Positions 38,771 through 51,349 of a stretch of DNA of 64,000 bases are shown piece by piece. Numbering within the stretch: the first letter of the stretch is position 1; each line of letters begins with the position of its first letter. Where the stretch lies: positions 47,616,001-47,680,000 of the forward strand of contig OX597831.1 in the NCBI GenBank assembly GCA_951406725.2, read 5' to 3'. Made by a program: the position numbers and the translations under genes. Source of the DNA: Octopus vulgaris (taxonomy: Eukaryota). A model generated the notes under the pieces. The model did not search any database. It saw only the letters and a list, made by a program, of their open reading frames with translations, and was not told the DNA's origin.

Positions 38771-40668
38771 CAATCATCACAACACAGCATCATAATTTCT
38801 AAATGGCACCGAAGGCGATAGCGTAATATATATGCATTAGAAAATCTCTGTTTATAAACTGCATTGGGTACTTAAAGCTCTTGTTGAAAGGAGAGCAACA
38901 AGATGAATGCTTTTGTTTATTATTCATTGTTTATCAACACTTTGTACTAGATGAGTAGGTAAAACGTAACGATTTTTATAACAAGCTAGTTAATCAATAA
39001 ATTATATCCAACGAATTGTCTTGTCTTTACGAGGATTTGTGTGTGTATATCACACTTTCGTCGAATCGTCTATAAAATGTTTTATTTTTTTTTTGTTTTC
39101 GTTTTGTCATATTTATCTTTTCAAATCAAGAGTCAGTTATTACTTCACTCTGCTTTATTCTAAATCGCTGATAACCACCAATGTTGACGAGACAACAAAG
39201 ACCAGACAGTGTTGTTTAGCTCTAGGGTAACAGCGCTGATCAAGCAGACAGATCTATGGTGAAATGCCGTTCTACCTGTGGCTATCCCGTCTTTATAAGA
39301 GTATGTCAGATAGATTATATGAAGTCATGGCTGTTTGTTTAAGAAGCTTGTTTGGCGGCTATATAGTTCTGGCTTCGTTCCCACTGAGCGGCACCTAGAG
39401 CAAGTGTCTTCTATTATATCCTCTCACGGAATTTGATAGACGGATCTTTTCGGGCGCTGCAACAGATTTCGTATATTTTCAATTTTCTTCCAATTGTTTT
39501 CCAATTTGGTATACCGGTCATGCACTTCGCTAAAGGTGTGTACTGGACGACATTTCTCCTGACTATTCAATAGTGCATCCTCAAGTTTAGAAAATTCAGT
39601 TTACAAAATTCTTCCCACGGTACAAATTAGTGCCCACCTACAATATTTTGAAGTACTCCCAGGCACCAAAATCTGGTGACAGGCCTGATATCGATTTAGT
39701 TTTGTATGCTAATAGGAAAAATGAAAATAATTTTTGCCATAAATTAATAAACAAAAATTGCTTTTAAAGTTTGTAATTTTAGCCAATTGAAAGTCATCAT
39801 GAGAGATTTACATGAGTGTAAGTCTCTCATTCGTGTCTGTTTCCATAGTAACAAGCAAAGCCGTAGTCTGCTTTGCTTTCTATGTTATAGGGATGCTGTA
39901 CTTGTCCGACTGTGATACTTTCACCACCGCAACCATCACCTCAAGTTTTGATGAGAATCATTTCGTGACAAACAGTTAACACGCAAACAATGTCGACTTC
40001 CGATTCCCGTTATTGGATTGGACTAAAACTTATCATGTTTCTAATTTTTTTTTTCTGGCAATAAATGAATACCTCTATTTGGATTCAGCATGAGAAATTA
40101 CATCAATATCCCAAATATGAAAATATTCACTTAATTTTAAAATCTGAGACGGCAACCGAGTGCTTCACAGTTCCATGCTTAAAACTCATTTTGGTTCTCC
40201 TACAGATCAGCCTTTCCACATACAGTCACGCTGATTCTATCCGAGATTTACGTGAATTGTATACGTTTCAGTAGAAAGCTGAGTAACACTTTAATTCAAA
40301 AGCAGCTAATTCAGTTGACCGAACAACCGAATCCTCGTCGTTGATCGATGAAAATCCACCATCACCACCATCATCATTAATCTAAATATAAAATTGTAGA
40401 GAAGTAATGTTTTTTTTTTTATCTTTTACTTGTTTCAGCCATTAGACTGCAGCCATACTGGGGCAATGATTGGAAGGGTTTAGTGGGACTGAACCTGAAA
40501 TCACGTGGTTGCAAAGCAACGCAGTCATGCTTGCGCCCGTGAAGAAGGAACTTCGAAGATGGCTATATGACTTTCTAAGTAAATGGAGGCAACCAGTTTT
40601 CAACTCGTTGCAATATTACGTATATAAGAACCAATCGAATACACACATACACACACACACAAACACAC

Positions 40669-40736
<68 letters not shown>

Positions 40737-41051
40737 TAGGCTTCCACACAGTTTCCGCTTACCAAATTCATTCGCAAGGCATTGATCAGCCCGGGACTTA
40801 AGTAGAAGACACCTGTCCAAGGTGCCGCATTCTTTAAGGTTTCAAAATCGACTTTACACTCAACTTCTGCGTAGAGGCAAACAGATTTTTGGTGGAAAAC
40901 ATCTTCAACACAACAACAAACTGATGTGACTTTATTATTTCTCTCAAATAAAGGAACTTTTTTAGCCAACGAATACCATCACTCTATATTATATTTCACT
41001 TTGGAGTTTTCAAAATTTGATTTAACTTATGTGCTGTTCGATCCCTTAATT

Positions 41052-41435
41052 TTTTACTCTTTTACTTGTTTCAGTCATTTGACTGTGGCCATGCTGGAGC
41101 ACCGCCTTTAGTCGAGCAAATCGACCCTAGAACTTATTCTTTGGAAGCCTGGTACTTATTCTATCGGTCTCTTTTGCCGAACTGCTAAGTTACGGGGACG
41201 TAAACACACCAGCGTCGGTTGTCAAGCGATGTTGGGGTACAAACACAGACACACACAGACACACACACATACGACGGGCTTCTTTCAGTTTCCGTCTACC
41301 AAATCCACTCACAAGGCTTTGGTCGGCCCGAGGCTATAGTAGAAGACACCTTCCGAAGGTGCCACGCAGTGGGACTGAACCCAGAACCATGTGGCTGGTA
41401 AGCAAGCTACTTACCACGCAGCCACTCCTGCGCCT
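41052..41435 (-). mobile_element. full-length, CpG-intact SINE family C
   Basis: complete from head to tail, short internal microsatellite. Confidence 0.9.
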
Positions 41436-42250
41436 ATATAATGTTTACAAAGAAAATAATTTTTCAACTAATTTCTTTACATCGTTAAATTAGAAATATT
41501 TACAGTATTTGAAACAGCAACCGAAACTGCTTCATTATGGCTCATGATTCAAATCGAACCAACTACTACTGATTTGACTTTAAAAATAAATCTTCGCGTG
41601 TGGTAGTCCAACGAATCGATTTTAAAACTAGATCTTGTATCGTAAATTTTGCTATTTATTCCACATGCAGCTATAGCCAATTGCACTGTGTTTAGTAAAT
41701 CTGTTTTCTCATCTACAGCTATCAAATAAATCAGACATTTTTTGCAGCTTGTTTGAAGGATACTTGAATATCGTTAATCATGTCTTTTATACGATCAGAA
41801 ACCGTGATAAACTAATATTCTCAAGAAATCTGACATTTTATGGTGTTAAAAATCGTCCAGCAGTAACAATGCATTCTTAATAAACTCTCCTTCAATAAAT
41901 AGCTTCACTCTATTTTGTAATTAGCTCATACTCTTCATAACTGGTTTGTGTTACAAAAGTATTATATTTAATAATTAATCTGAAAATATGTTGCTATTTC
42001 CATAAAGATTCTTTTGAAGATACTAGTTTGACTGAACATTGAGTTCTTTTTAGTATTTCGTATTCCACATGCTTATTCAAGATAATACAAGATGTAACTG
42101 GATCCTTACAAATAAGACAAACATGGTTTCCATTACGTGGGAAATTTGACTGGGGAATGCAAGAGTAAGAGAGGGAAAGGCAGAGTTTATTCAGAAGAGA
42201 GGGTGAAGATTCCCTTTAAAGAGAGAGAACCGCTTCAGAGTTTATTACTA

Positions 42251-42485
42251 TTATCGACTCCAGTATTCAACTGGTACTTATTTCATCGACCCCGAAAGCA
42301 TGACAGGCAAAGTCGATCTCGGCGGAATTTGAACCCTATACGTTCTGAGTTCAAATTCCACCGAAGTCGACTTTGCATTTCATTCTCTCGAGGTTGATAA
42401 ATTAAGTACCAGTTGAGTACTGGGGACTATGCAATCGACTGTCCCTCTCCCCCAAGTTTCAGACCTTGTGCCTATATTAGAAAGG

Positions 42486-42486
<1 letters not shown>
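42251..42486. mobile_element. inverted pair of SINE cores
   Basis: 42251-42335 (minus) faces 42347-42435 (plus) across ~12 nt. Confidence 0.8.
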
Positions 42487-42559
<73 letters not shown>

Positions 42560-43656
42560 GAATGGTGAGCGTGTGTGAGCTCCGTTTGTGAGGTTCGTCT
42601 TTCCGCAGCTCGTCTCCTTGGGTGAAAAAAAGACCGAGAGTGGGCCCTGGCACCTAGAATATCGTCAGTCACTCACAGCACTCTACTAGTCGGGCAATGG
42701 GATCGGTGGATGTTCCGCTTTAAAAATTTATAGAGGGTTAGTGGCCGAGAAGTGCGACGACGTTCTCGGGGAGACTCTGGGCACCGATTAGACCGAACAG
42801 GCTAGTCTGTTCCGGAGGACTTTCCGGTCGGGAACTACCATGGATAATTTCCAGATGTCATTGGCCTGGCAGTGCTAACGGGGGTGGGGGACTACCCATT
42901 CGCGATAAACTCTACAGGCACGGATGTACTGTCAGACAGGCTTGTCTGAGGTGCGCGCAGGGTGACGAAACAGTTCTGCATCCCCTCGTTCAGTGTCCCG
43001 GCATTGCTGACTTGTCGAACAGTTGCTATCACGCGTGGGACGGATCCGTCTGTCGGCCGAGTCTGTAGTGATAATCGCACTCTCAATCGGGCAGGCAAGG
43101 CAGTTTTCCTTTGCCCGGTGGCTGTGGCGAAAGAGGTTTTTTTGGTGGACAAGGCTGAAAGGCATGAGGACAGATACATTCCTCTTTGGTAGAGCTTTCA
43201 TTGATTTCTTCAAGTTACACTTGAAAGGGAAATTGAGAGTGGAGAGGGAAGTGCTGTTCTCGAGTGAGTTTATTGAAAGGTGGGTGAAAGTTGCAAAAAT
43301 GGCAAGAGTGGATGGTACCTCTCTCTCAGTGTAGACCTGTAAGTTGGAGAAAAGGAACTGGAGAGGGCACTTGCTCTTGGTGTTTAGGGAAACCTCAGAC
43401 AGTGAGGCTCCTCGATTATCCCTAGAAGTCTTCCTGTACCAGGAGGGCCTTTCTCTATCATTCTCCCCGCTACCTTTTTTCCTTTCCTTTGTATGCTATG
43501 CATTTGTCCCTTCCATTTTAGTGTATACCGTGTATACTTTCTTCCTTTCTTTCCTTTTAAATTTGTAAAAAATCATTTCATTATATGTAAACCCCCATAC
43601 TTTATATGTCTTTGTATTGTCCTCCCCATCTTCACCCTTGTGGCAAATAAATGAAA
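42560..43656 (+). mobile_element. 5'-truncated Tx1/L1-like LINE (ORF2 C-terminal zinc finger, UTR, tail)
   Basis: LPIRDKLYRHG..CLRCAQGDETVLHPLVQCP; WWTRLKG..FKLHLKGKLRVERE; (ATT)n on both sides. Confidence 0.85.
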
Positions 43657-43685
43657 TTATTATTATTATTGTTGTTGTTGTTATT

Positions 43686-44771
43686 ATATGTTTGGCTTTT
43701 GCTTTGTATTTGTGCAAATTGACTCCAAGTCTCACCCAGAGACCTCAAGAGACAACAAGTTAGAAGTTCAAGTTGGTGTTATGACTAGGGTGCCATATAT
43801 TTGGTTTCGCACCGATTATTTTTAGAGAATATGTCAAAACATAAGTAAATTAGAAGTTTGTTTTAAAAGTAATTTAATTATAAAATGATAGTCTGATGTT
43901 AAAGGTGACAGCAAAAGGTGTTTGCTATCAAGTACATTTAAATGTATTTTGATACTGCTTACGGTTTAAAATATTTTGGGGATTACTTAAACAATATTTT
44001 AAGTAGGATATGGGCATTTTTAGATTTCCTGGTATTTGAGCTAGGTAGCAATCAGCCCCTTTTGCTATCATTCCTAGGGCACCTTTGCCAACAGGTATTG
44101 TTTTAGTCTTGAAGATCCACAATTTGCCAATTTCTGTTTCAAAATCTCTATACTTGTTCAGTTTTTGATAGGTCTTGACAAATTCATTTATGTCGATTGG
44201 GACAGTCATATCAATGGGGAGGCATGATTTTTGTCTGAAGTCCTTCGATATAATGTTTGGCCTATTTGCATCTATTTTTCAATCAGTTTGAACGGCGAAG
44301 TTCCAAAGGAGTGAGATGCAGTCATTTTCAAGCACTGGCGGTGATTTGCGTTCCCACCAGTTTTTATCATGGGGCAAGTCAGTCTTTGTAAATTACCCAA
44401 TGAATATACTGTGTTGCTCTATTATGCCTGTTAAGATACTCTGTAGGCGCAAGAAGACTGCACATGGAGACAACATGAATACTATATGTTGGGTAACTTT
44501 AAGATGTTCTTTAAGATGTTATCCTGGTAGCTTCTTGTAGGTTGGTATTGATCTTGGGTTGCTATGATAAATACTTTTGTCTCTGATTTTAAGTCAGAAG
44601 TCACTAACCATTGATGGGTAAGGGCTTTGTCAACATTGGCATTATTAACTCCCTTTGCATATTTGCCACTGAGAGGTTTTTCTTGCCATTTATCAGTAAA
44701 AATATCTAAGGCAGCCGTTTGAGCACGGGTTTTCATACGCTTACCTTTTTCTGTGCTTGTTTCCAGTACGT
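43686..44771 (-). mobile_element. 5'-truncated R4/Dong-clade LINE (restriction-like endonuclease end)
   Basis: WQEKPLSGKY..LKSETKVFIIATQDQ; DMTVP..KLNKYRDF..IPV..GALG; (TAA)n on both sides, the known Dong target. Confidence 0.8.
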
Positions 44772-44772
44772 A

Positions 44773-44783
44773 TAATAATAATG

Positions 44784-44828
<45 letters not shown>

Positions 44829-44864
44829 TTAATAATAATGGTAATAGTATTTATTATTATTATT

Positions 44865-44895
<31 letters not shown>

Positions 44896-44932
44896 ATGAT
44901 GATAATAGTATTTATTATTATTATTATAATTA

Positions 44933-44965
<33 letters not shown>

Positions 44966-44976
44966 TGATAATAATG

Positions 44977-45032
<56 letters not shown>

Positions 45033-45044
45033 TATTATTATTAT
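44773..45044. repeat. (TAA)n/(ATT)n microsatellite with polarity switches
   Basis: direct reading. Confidence 0.9.
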
Positions 45045-46263
45045 ATGTAATTTTCGTATGAGTGAGAGAACATATGAAATAATATTTCCATATAACCTAT
45101 TTTATTTTTATTTTTAAGGGTCCTAGTGGTTGTAGATATCACCATTTCGCCCTTCTTACGAGATCCTCAGTACAACATAAAATTAGTTGGTCTATGTTCA
45201 TTTAAATCCTTTAAGAATCATATACGATCGATTTTCTTTTCTTTCTTTTTTCTTACTCTCTTAACAGCAGAGAAAAGGAGTGAAGAGACAGAGGAAGGGA
45301 AATGAAAGCCTCAGAGTCATTTAGAATTAAAATTAACATTATACTTAAGTTTTCATCATCATCTATGTAAAAATAATTATCTATCCATGCTTAAACAGAC
45401 AGAAATCTATAGACGGTATTCGTTTTATTTTAATATTAGACTCTGCAAAAGAGGGTCTTTTATGGAGATTCTTAATTAGCTGGGTTTGCAAGGAGTGGCA
45501 TAGCCCATGGTGTTTTTAGTTAACCGGTGAGACTGATGCTATTAATGTTGCTCTCGAACTTTTGTAATTAGTGATTATAAAGATCAAAAAGTTTTCTACC
45601 AAATTATTGTTCGCATTCTCTCTTGTAAAATAATCTGACACAAGCCACAAAGTTTACAATGACGCTCTGCATTCAAATAAATGCTTAATTCCTGAGTCAA
45701 ACAATACATTTTCCATGGCGGTGTCAAAACCACATCAATTTGATAAAACTATATCTATTGTCAAAACTTAATGGCAAACCAAACTTGGCAAAATATCGAA
45801 TTTTACATTATGATTATATGGCTCGTGCTTGACAATTCTAATGACAGAGCACTTCTAATGTGTAATTAAAACAATGTCATCATGTTTAGAATACATCTGC
45901 TCAATGATTAAGACAAATCTATTAGTGTGACAGTTCAACTCTACAGTTGTGAAAGTTCTTGTTATAACAAATTTACATTATGTTCAAACAACGTAAGGCA
46001 TGTAACTCCACATCTCATCAATAGCTTGGACAGCTCGATACTTGGAACAATTCCACTCTAAGCTAAAACTTGTCAGTGAACTGAGAATCGCAAGCCGACA
46101 GAGCGGATGAGGGAATGTGTTCACAACTTTAAAAATGGAAATGTACTTTCTTATGATGCTAGCCCGCAGTTAAATTCTGGAGACCAAAAAGTAAAGTATT
46201 TGGATCATAGATTCACAGCAATACCAGTGTCTCACTACAATAGCAGTGTGTGTATATATATAT

Positions 46264-46339
<76 letters not shown>

Positions 46340-46565
46340 GTACGTGTGTGTATATGTTTCTGTGTCTGTGTTTGTACCCCCAACATAGCTTGACAACCGA
46401 TGCTGGTGTGTTTACGTCCCTGTAACTTAGCGATTCGGCAAAAGAGACCGATAGAATAAGTACTAGGCTTACAAAGAATAAGTCCTGGGGTCGATTTGCC
46501 CGACTAAAGGCGGTGCGCCATGCTGAAACAAGTAAAAGAGAAAAAGAGTAAAAGATATATGTATG

Positions 46566-46634
<69 letters not shown>

Positions 46635-46654
46635 TATATAAAACAAATTTTATT

Positions 46655-47131
46655 GAAAAAAAAATTTTATCCTACATTAGTTATAAATTTAATAGTGTTC
46701 ACTTCTGGATTCTCTCACTCTGTGAAAGTTTCTAGATCGAATCACGCGTGTCTCGAGATGTGCTGAAGATTTTCTATTTTGGATATATTTTGGGTACTTA
46801 GGTCTGCTCAGGACTTAGTGCTTGCTTTTTCCATTTATGTCTTAAGTATTTATCGCTGACGAGGGGAAAATTCTTATGAATTAACCCCGAAATTGGGACC
46901 AATACGGTAATAACGGAATTTTAAAGAAATTTCTATCGGCATGATTCGAGACGCATAAATTATAATGGTTATTGACAATTTTGTCTTTTTTTCGGCATAT
47001 TTGGCATTAGAATTTTTCTTTTGCCCTTATTCTATAAGTTGTTTATAAATTTAACCTTTAATGGTATTTTTTGATATGCTGGCCATTGATTAAATTTTTT
47101 TTCGAAAAAAATTTTATTCTACATTAGTTAT
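46655..47131 (+). mobile_element. Penelope-like terminal repeat unit
   Basis: direct repeat AAATTTTAT(C/T)CTACATTAGTTATA at both ends; CTGACGA-GGGG..CCCC-GAAA core at 46856-46892. Confidence 0.5.
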
Positions 47132-47379
47132 ATATATATATATATTATATATATTACCAGCAATTCAGTTCATTATCAAAGATAACATCAATTCAACCGG
47201 TAACATCGCTCTCAATGAGAAACGGGTCATGACATTAAACAATAGAGCTTCTTGCTCTTGTTTGATGAAGCTGCGGTCATCCCAGCTTAGTCGTTCCAGA
47301 GACGTCATTATGCATAGAGTCGACCAGATCCACTGGTGCTCTACATCACTAGCGGTCCCGTGGCAGCTCTTCTGCATCT

Positions 47380-47660
47380 AGACCCTCTTGGGTCTGGCCT
47401 TGTCGTGGCGAGGGGGCCTTGTCATTACCGTCTGGAGCTTTGTTTCAGGTAAGGTCACCCTAGGCAGGTCGGTCTCCCGGTGAGTTCCAGACTGACGTTG
47501 ACCCACGGTGCATCGGCACGTCGCTGAAATGGCAGCCCCGTCATCCAACTATTCTGTGGAAGACCAACGAGCCAACTCAGAAGAACTCTGAGCCTGTTCC
47601 GACACCGACCAGAAGAAATCAGACTGCTCAACATCGGGATCGGAACCCTGCATGCCCCGA
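47380..47660 (+). mobile_element. possible RTE-clade 5' end
   Basis: CCTTGTCGTGGCGAGGGGGC resembles RTE 5' termini; ends with LNIG-like start of the endonuclease. Confidence 0.35.
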
Positions 47661-47869
47661 TCAACGAGAACCAATACAGATATATTGGATTATACCAAAC
47701 TACAGACCAAATGTTCTCGGTAGAGATTATTGGGCTGTTTGAGGTAGCCCAGTTAGATAATAGACATTTTCCTCTTTACCTTTTAATACCAGGACAACTT
47801 ACACAATTTTTTCGCAGTTTGGTAGAATTTACAATATTTATTTAAATTCTCATAAAAGGAAATGTAATA

Positions 47870-49350
47870 AAACTGTGGCTATTATGTCTTCTATTCCTAT
47901 GTATTCCAACTCCCGAGGACAAATATTGGGGTTGAAAGAAAGATGTTTATGCTCACGGAGTGTTGAGAACTTATATAAACCTAGTTTTGGTCTTAAGACT
48001 TAACTATCTTTCATGCAAGTAATAACATTAAGCAAAATTAATTAAAACATTGTCATTCTTTAAATACGAAAGCTGCCTCAGAATATAATGCTTTAAATAT
48101 AACGGAATTTCTTAACTAGCATCTCAATGATCTGCTTTATTTGGAGAGCTAAAGGATGGGATTACTGGTGCGGTTGATGCAGTGATTCTTAATTGGCAAG
48201 CATGATTATTATCTGAGGGCCTAGCATGCAAGAGGTTCCTGGTTAAATTTAATATAGGAAAGAAAACTGTTCACGCAAGTGGTAGAAAACAGTGATGTAA
48301 TTTTCAATTCGTGATTCCCCAAAAGTAAATATTTTCAATATCTACATAAGATTTATACATTCCAAAATAGATAAAATATTATATTTGGATATCCAAAGAT
48401 TTGTTCGATTGTAAATGAATCAAACCAAGTTACAAAGTATCGGGATCTTAATCTGGCATTACATCAAAAGAAGTTTCGCACATTGGTAGTTTGAGCTCGT
48501 AATTTTGAAAATACCGAAGCCTCTTTTGAAATTGATCCAATAAGTTAAAACACACTCCACTATCGATTCTGATTTCTGTTCTTTCCTATAGAATTATATA
48601 TATGATTTTGTCAGAATATGGAATTTTTATAATAGATCTAAAATATGTTTTCTGACTCCGTTGATGTAGCCAGAGAAATCGAGGTATACAGTACGCTGCC
48701 ATTTTTCAGGTTTCGGGAAACGTTTTTATTCAACTTTGTCTTTAATTGCCTTACTCAGAAAAGTTAAGTGGAATTCTGTTAGAAGACTTAAATGAATGCT
48801 CGTGCTGTTTTGCATCTGTTCTTAAGTGCGTTTCTCCTAAGTACCATGTAATAACATTGAGATGCAGTATTCTTCTTTCTGTCACTGGTTTGGAGTTCAT
48901 GTGGGGAATTCTGGTTAAATTCTGTAGTTGTCAGCTGGCGATTGGTGTGTGGGTTTTTGGTTGGGTATCTTATGTTGCGATATGAGGCCTGGGAAGCGAT
49001 ACTAACCAGGTAACGGTAGCTAACCTTAGCTTTGTTCTTATTTATTACTTTGAAGAGCGGCTTCAACCAAAATTGATTTTCTTTTAAGTAGAGATGTTTC
49101 TTATATATATTATATTATCCCCAAATCTATTTGTCTGTGTGACGAATATGAAGCTGCATGACTAAAGATACTTCTGTCAGATTACAAATTCTAATTATGC
49201 TGTCAATAAGGTTCTTAATGATGGCTGAGTGAGGGCTACAAGTGTTGTGTATGTATTTAGTTTTCTCGTTTAGATTTATATAAGCGTAGTGATTACCTGT
49301 ATTCCGATTTAGTGTGATATTTAAAAGTTAAACATATTTAGATTCGCACT
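47870..49350 (-). mobile_element. heavily decayed Penelope-like element
   Basis: ITLNRNTG..KYIHN..IIKNLIDSI (thumb region) and INKNKAKVSY (linker). Confidence 0.5.
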
Positions 49351-49950
49351 AATGATGATATTGATTTCAAATTTTGGCATATGGCTAGCAAGTTCGGGGA
49401 ACGGGCTGAGTCGATTACATCGACCCCAATACTCAATTGGTACTTATTTTATCGACCCCGAAAGAATGAGAAGCAAAATGGACCACGGCGGAGTTTGAAC
49501 TCAGAGCATTAAGACGGGCAAAATGCTGTTAACGGGTCTGCCAGCTCGCCGCCTTCGAGTTAACGATAATATTCTATTCCTTCCATGTATTAATTAATTG
49601 AATTATTTTCTAAATTTATTTGGCAGTGCTCATAAAACTGTAAAAATCGCCATCCCTATAATTTATTGTTTTTGGGATAATTCGTTTGATGAGGGGGTCT
49701 CAAGTAACACTGGAATTTAAGGCGTTCCAGCTATTCAAGTCTCACCATTTTTATATCAAGGACTACACTATCCAATGCTTCATTATTTTAAGACTGTAGA
49801 ACATGAGTTGAGGGAAATCAGCTGCTATTTCTAGCAGATAACGTGATTTTTTGGCCATCCTGCATTGATATGGTTACATAAATGGTAGTGCAGGCGACTG
49901 AATTGTGTTAAGGGACGATGTGTTGGAAGTATTTTGCTTTGTCATCGACA

Positions 49951-50229
49951 TCTCTATATATATAAAACTGAGAATGTCTGTCTGTCTGTCTGTGTGTTTC
50001 CCTAAAACTTGAGAACTACACAACCAATTTCATTCAAATTTTACACATGCCTTACTTAGGGTCCGGGGAATGTCATCGGCAAAAAAATGTTCAGCTTCTT
50101 GCCTAGGGCGAGCCCATAGCAATATCATATCTTCTCCACTATTTCAGTATTACGTGTTAAAAGTGAAGCAAAAACATTTCTCTATTTTATGTCAGATGCT
50201 TTCACTTTAACAATAAAAATTAGAGATAA
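49951..50229 (+). mobile_element. Helitron 5' portion
   Basis: TCTATATATATAAAACTG followed by (TGTC)n, same start as 7943-8455. Confidence 0.6.
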
Positions 50230-51235
50230 CTAGCAGAGATAGCCGGCGTTGCCCGGTTACATTCAATTGAAGAATTAGACTTTTCTGTTATATTTTCTGA
50301 ATGAACTGGAATAGCTATGTTTCAAATTTCATCAAAATTGCAGATGGGGTTTATTTCCCTCTTTACACACCCTAAAAAAATTGTAATCGTGCCACATGGA
50401 AACCAAAAGACGAATGATCACAATAAGCAGTCAGTTACCCTACCCTAGTCGTTACCACTCCCAATGTAGGATTCCTCACCATCCAGGTGACAGGCACAGC
50501 CGTAAGATGCATTACGATTCTATAGCAATTGAAAGGGCGTGACCCAACTGAAATCAACATTAACAACTGTGTGACGTGAGGGCTTAGGAGAAATTAAAGT
50601 GTCACCTCTGGAGTTTGCAAATGACCAGTATACTGATACGTAACTGGACAGAATGAATTTAAAATCTATAAATGTCTTTGAATAACCAGTCACTCATCTG
50701 GGAAGGCCTTGTAATCAATGTTACCATCTGGGGACTATGTGTGACCGAGTGATAATAAAAAGACTGAAAGGAGGTCTGCAATCAAGTAACTTTACTCAAC
50801 ACTTTGAAACTGAATCAGTGGAGACAAAGATGCCTCTCAATTTATGCACCACATTGCAGAAATCACAATGTAAGTGTATGTCAAAGCAAACTGTTACACT
50901 GTTGTACCATTGAATTAGAAATAATGCCCAACTTTTTATGCTCGGGTAACCCTACAGCTTCCAAGAGCACAACTGTATTCGCTTTTACTTAGATAAAATG
51001 ACAAAATTGTGGGTGTTAAGTCCCCATGGAGGGGTCTTTCTAACTTTGTAAGAAGATGAAATTTTATAAATATTACTTCATTTTTGTCTAATATCTATGG
51101 TTAAAATTTCATCAACAGCAAAAATATATGAATTGTCATGGGGGTTATGGCCCTTATGCATAGAATATAATTTCCAAATTTCATAAAGATTCATTCAGTA
51201 CTTTTGACCTAGTTTTGGATCATAAAAGAAATTAC

Positions 51236-51275
<40 letters not shown>
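50230..51275 (-). mobile_element. non-autonomous Helitron nested in opposite orientation
   Basis: minus-strand 3' end CCGGGCAACGCCGGCTATCTCTGCTAG; 5' boundary approximate, within (TA)n. Confidence 0.55.
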
Positions 51276-51306
51276 TAGATAGATATAGATATAGATATAG
51301 ATATAG

Positions 51307-51345
<39 letters not shown>

Positions 51346-51349
51346 TGTA

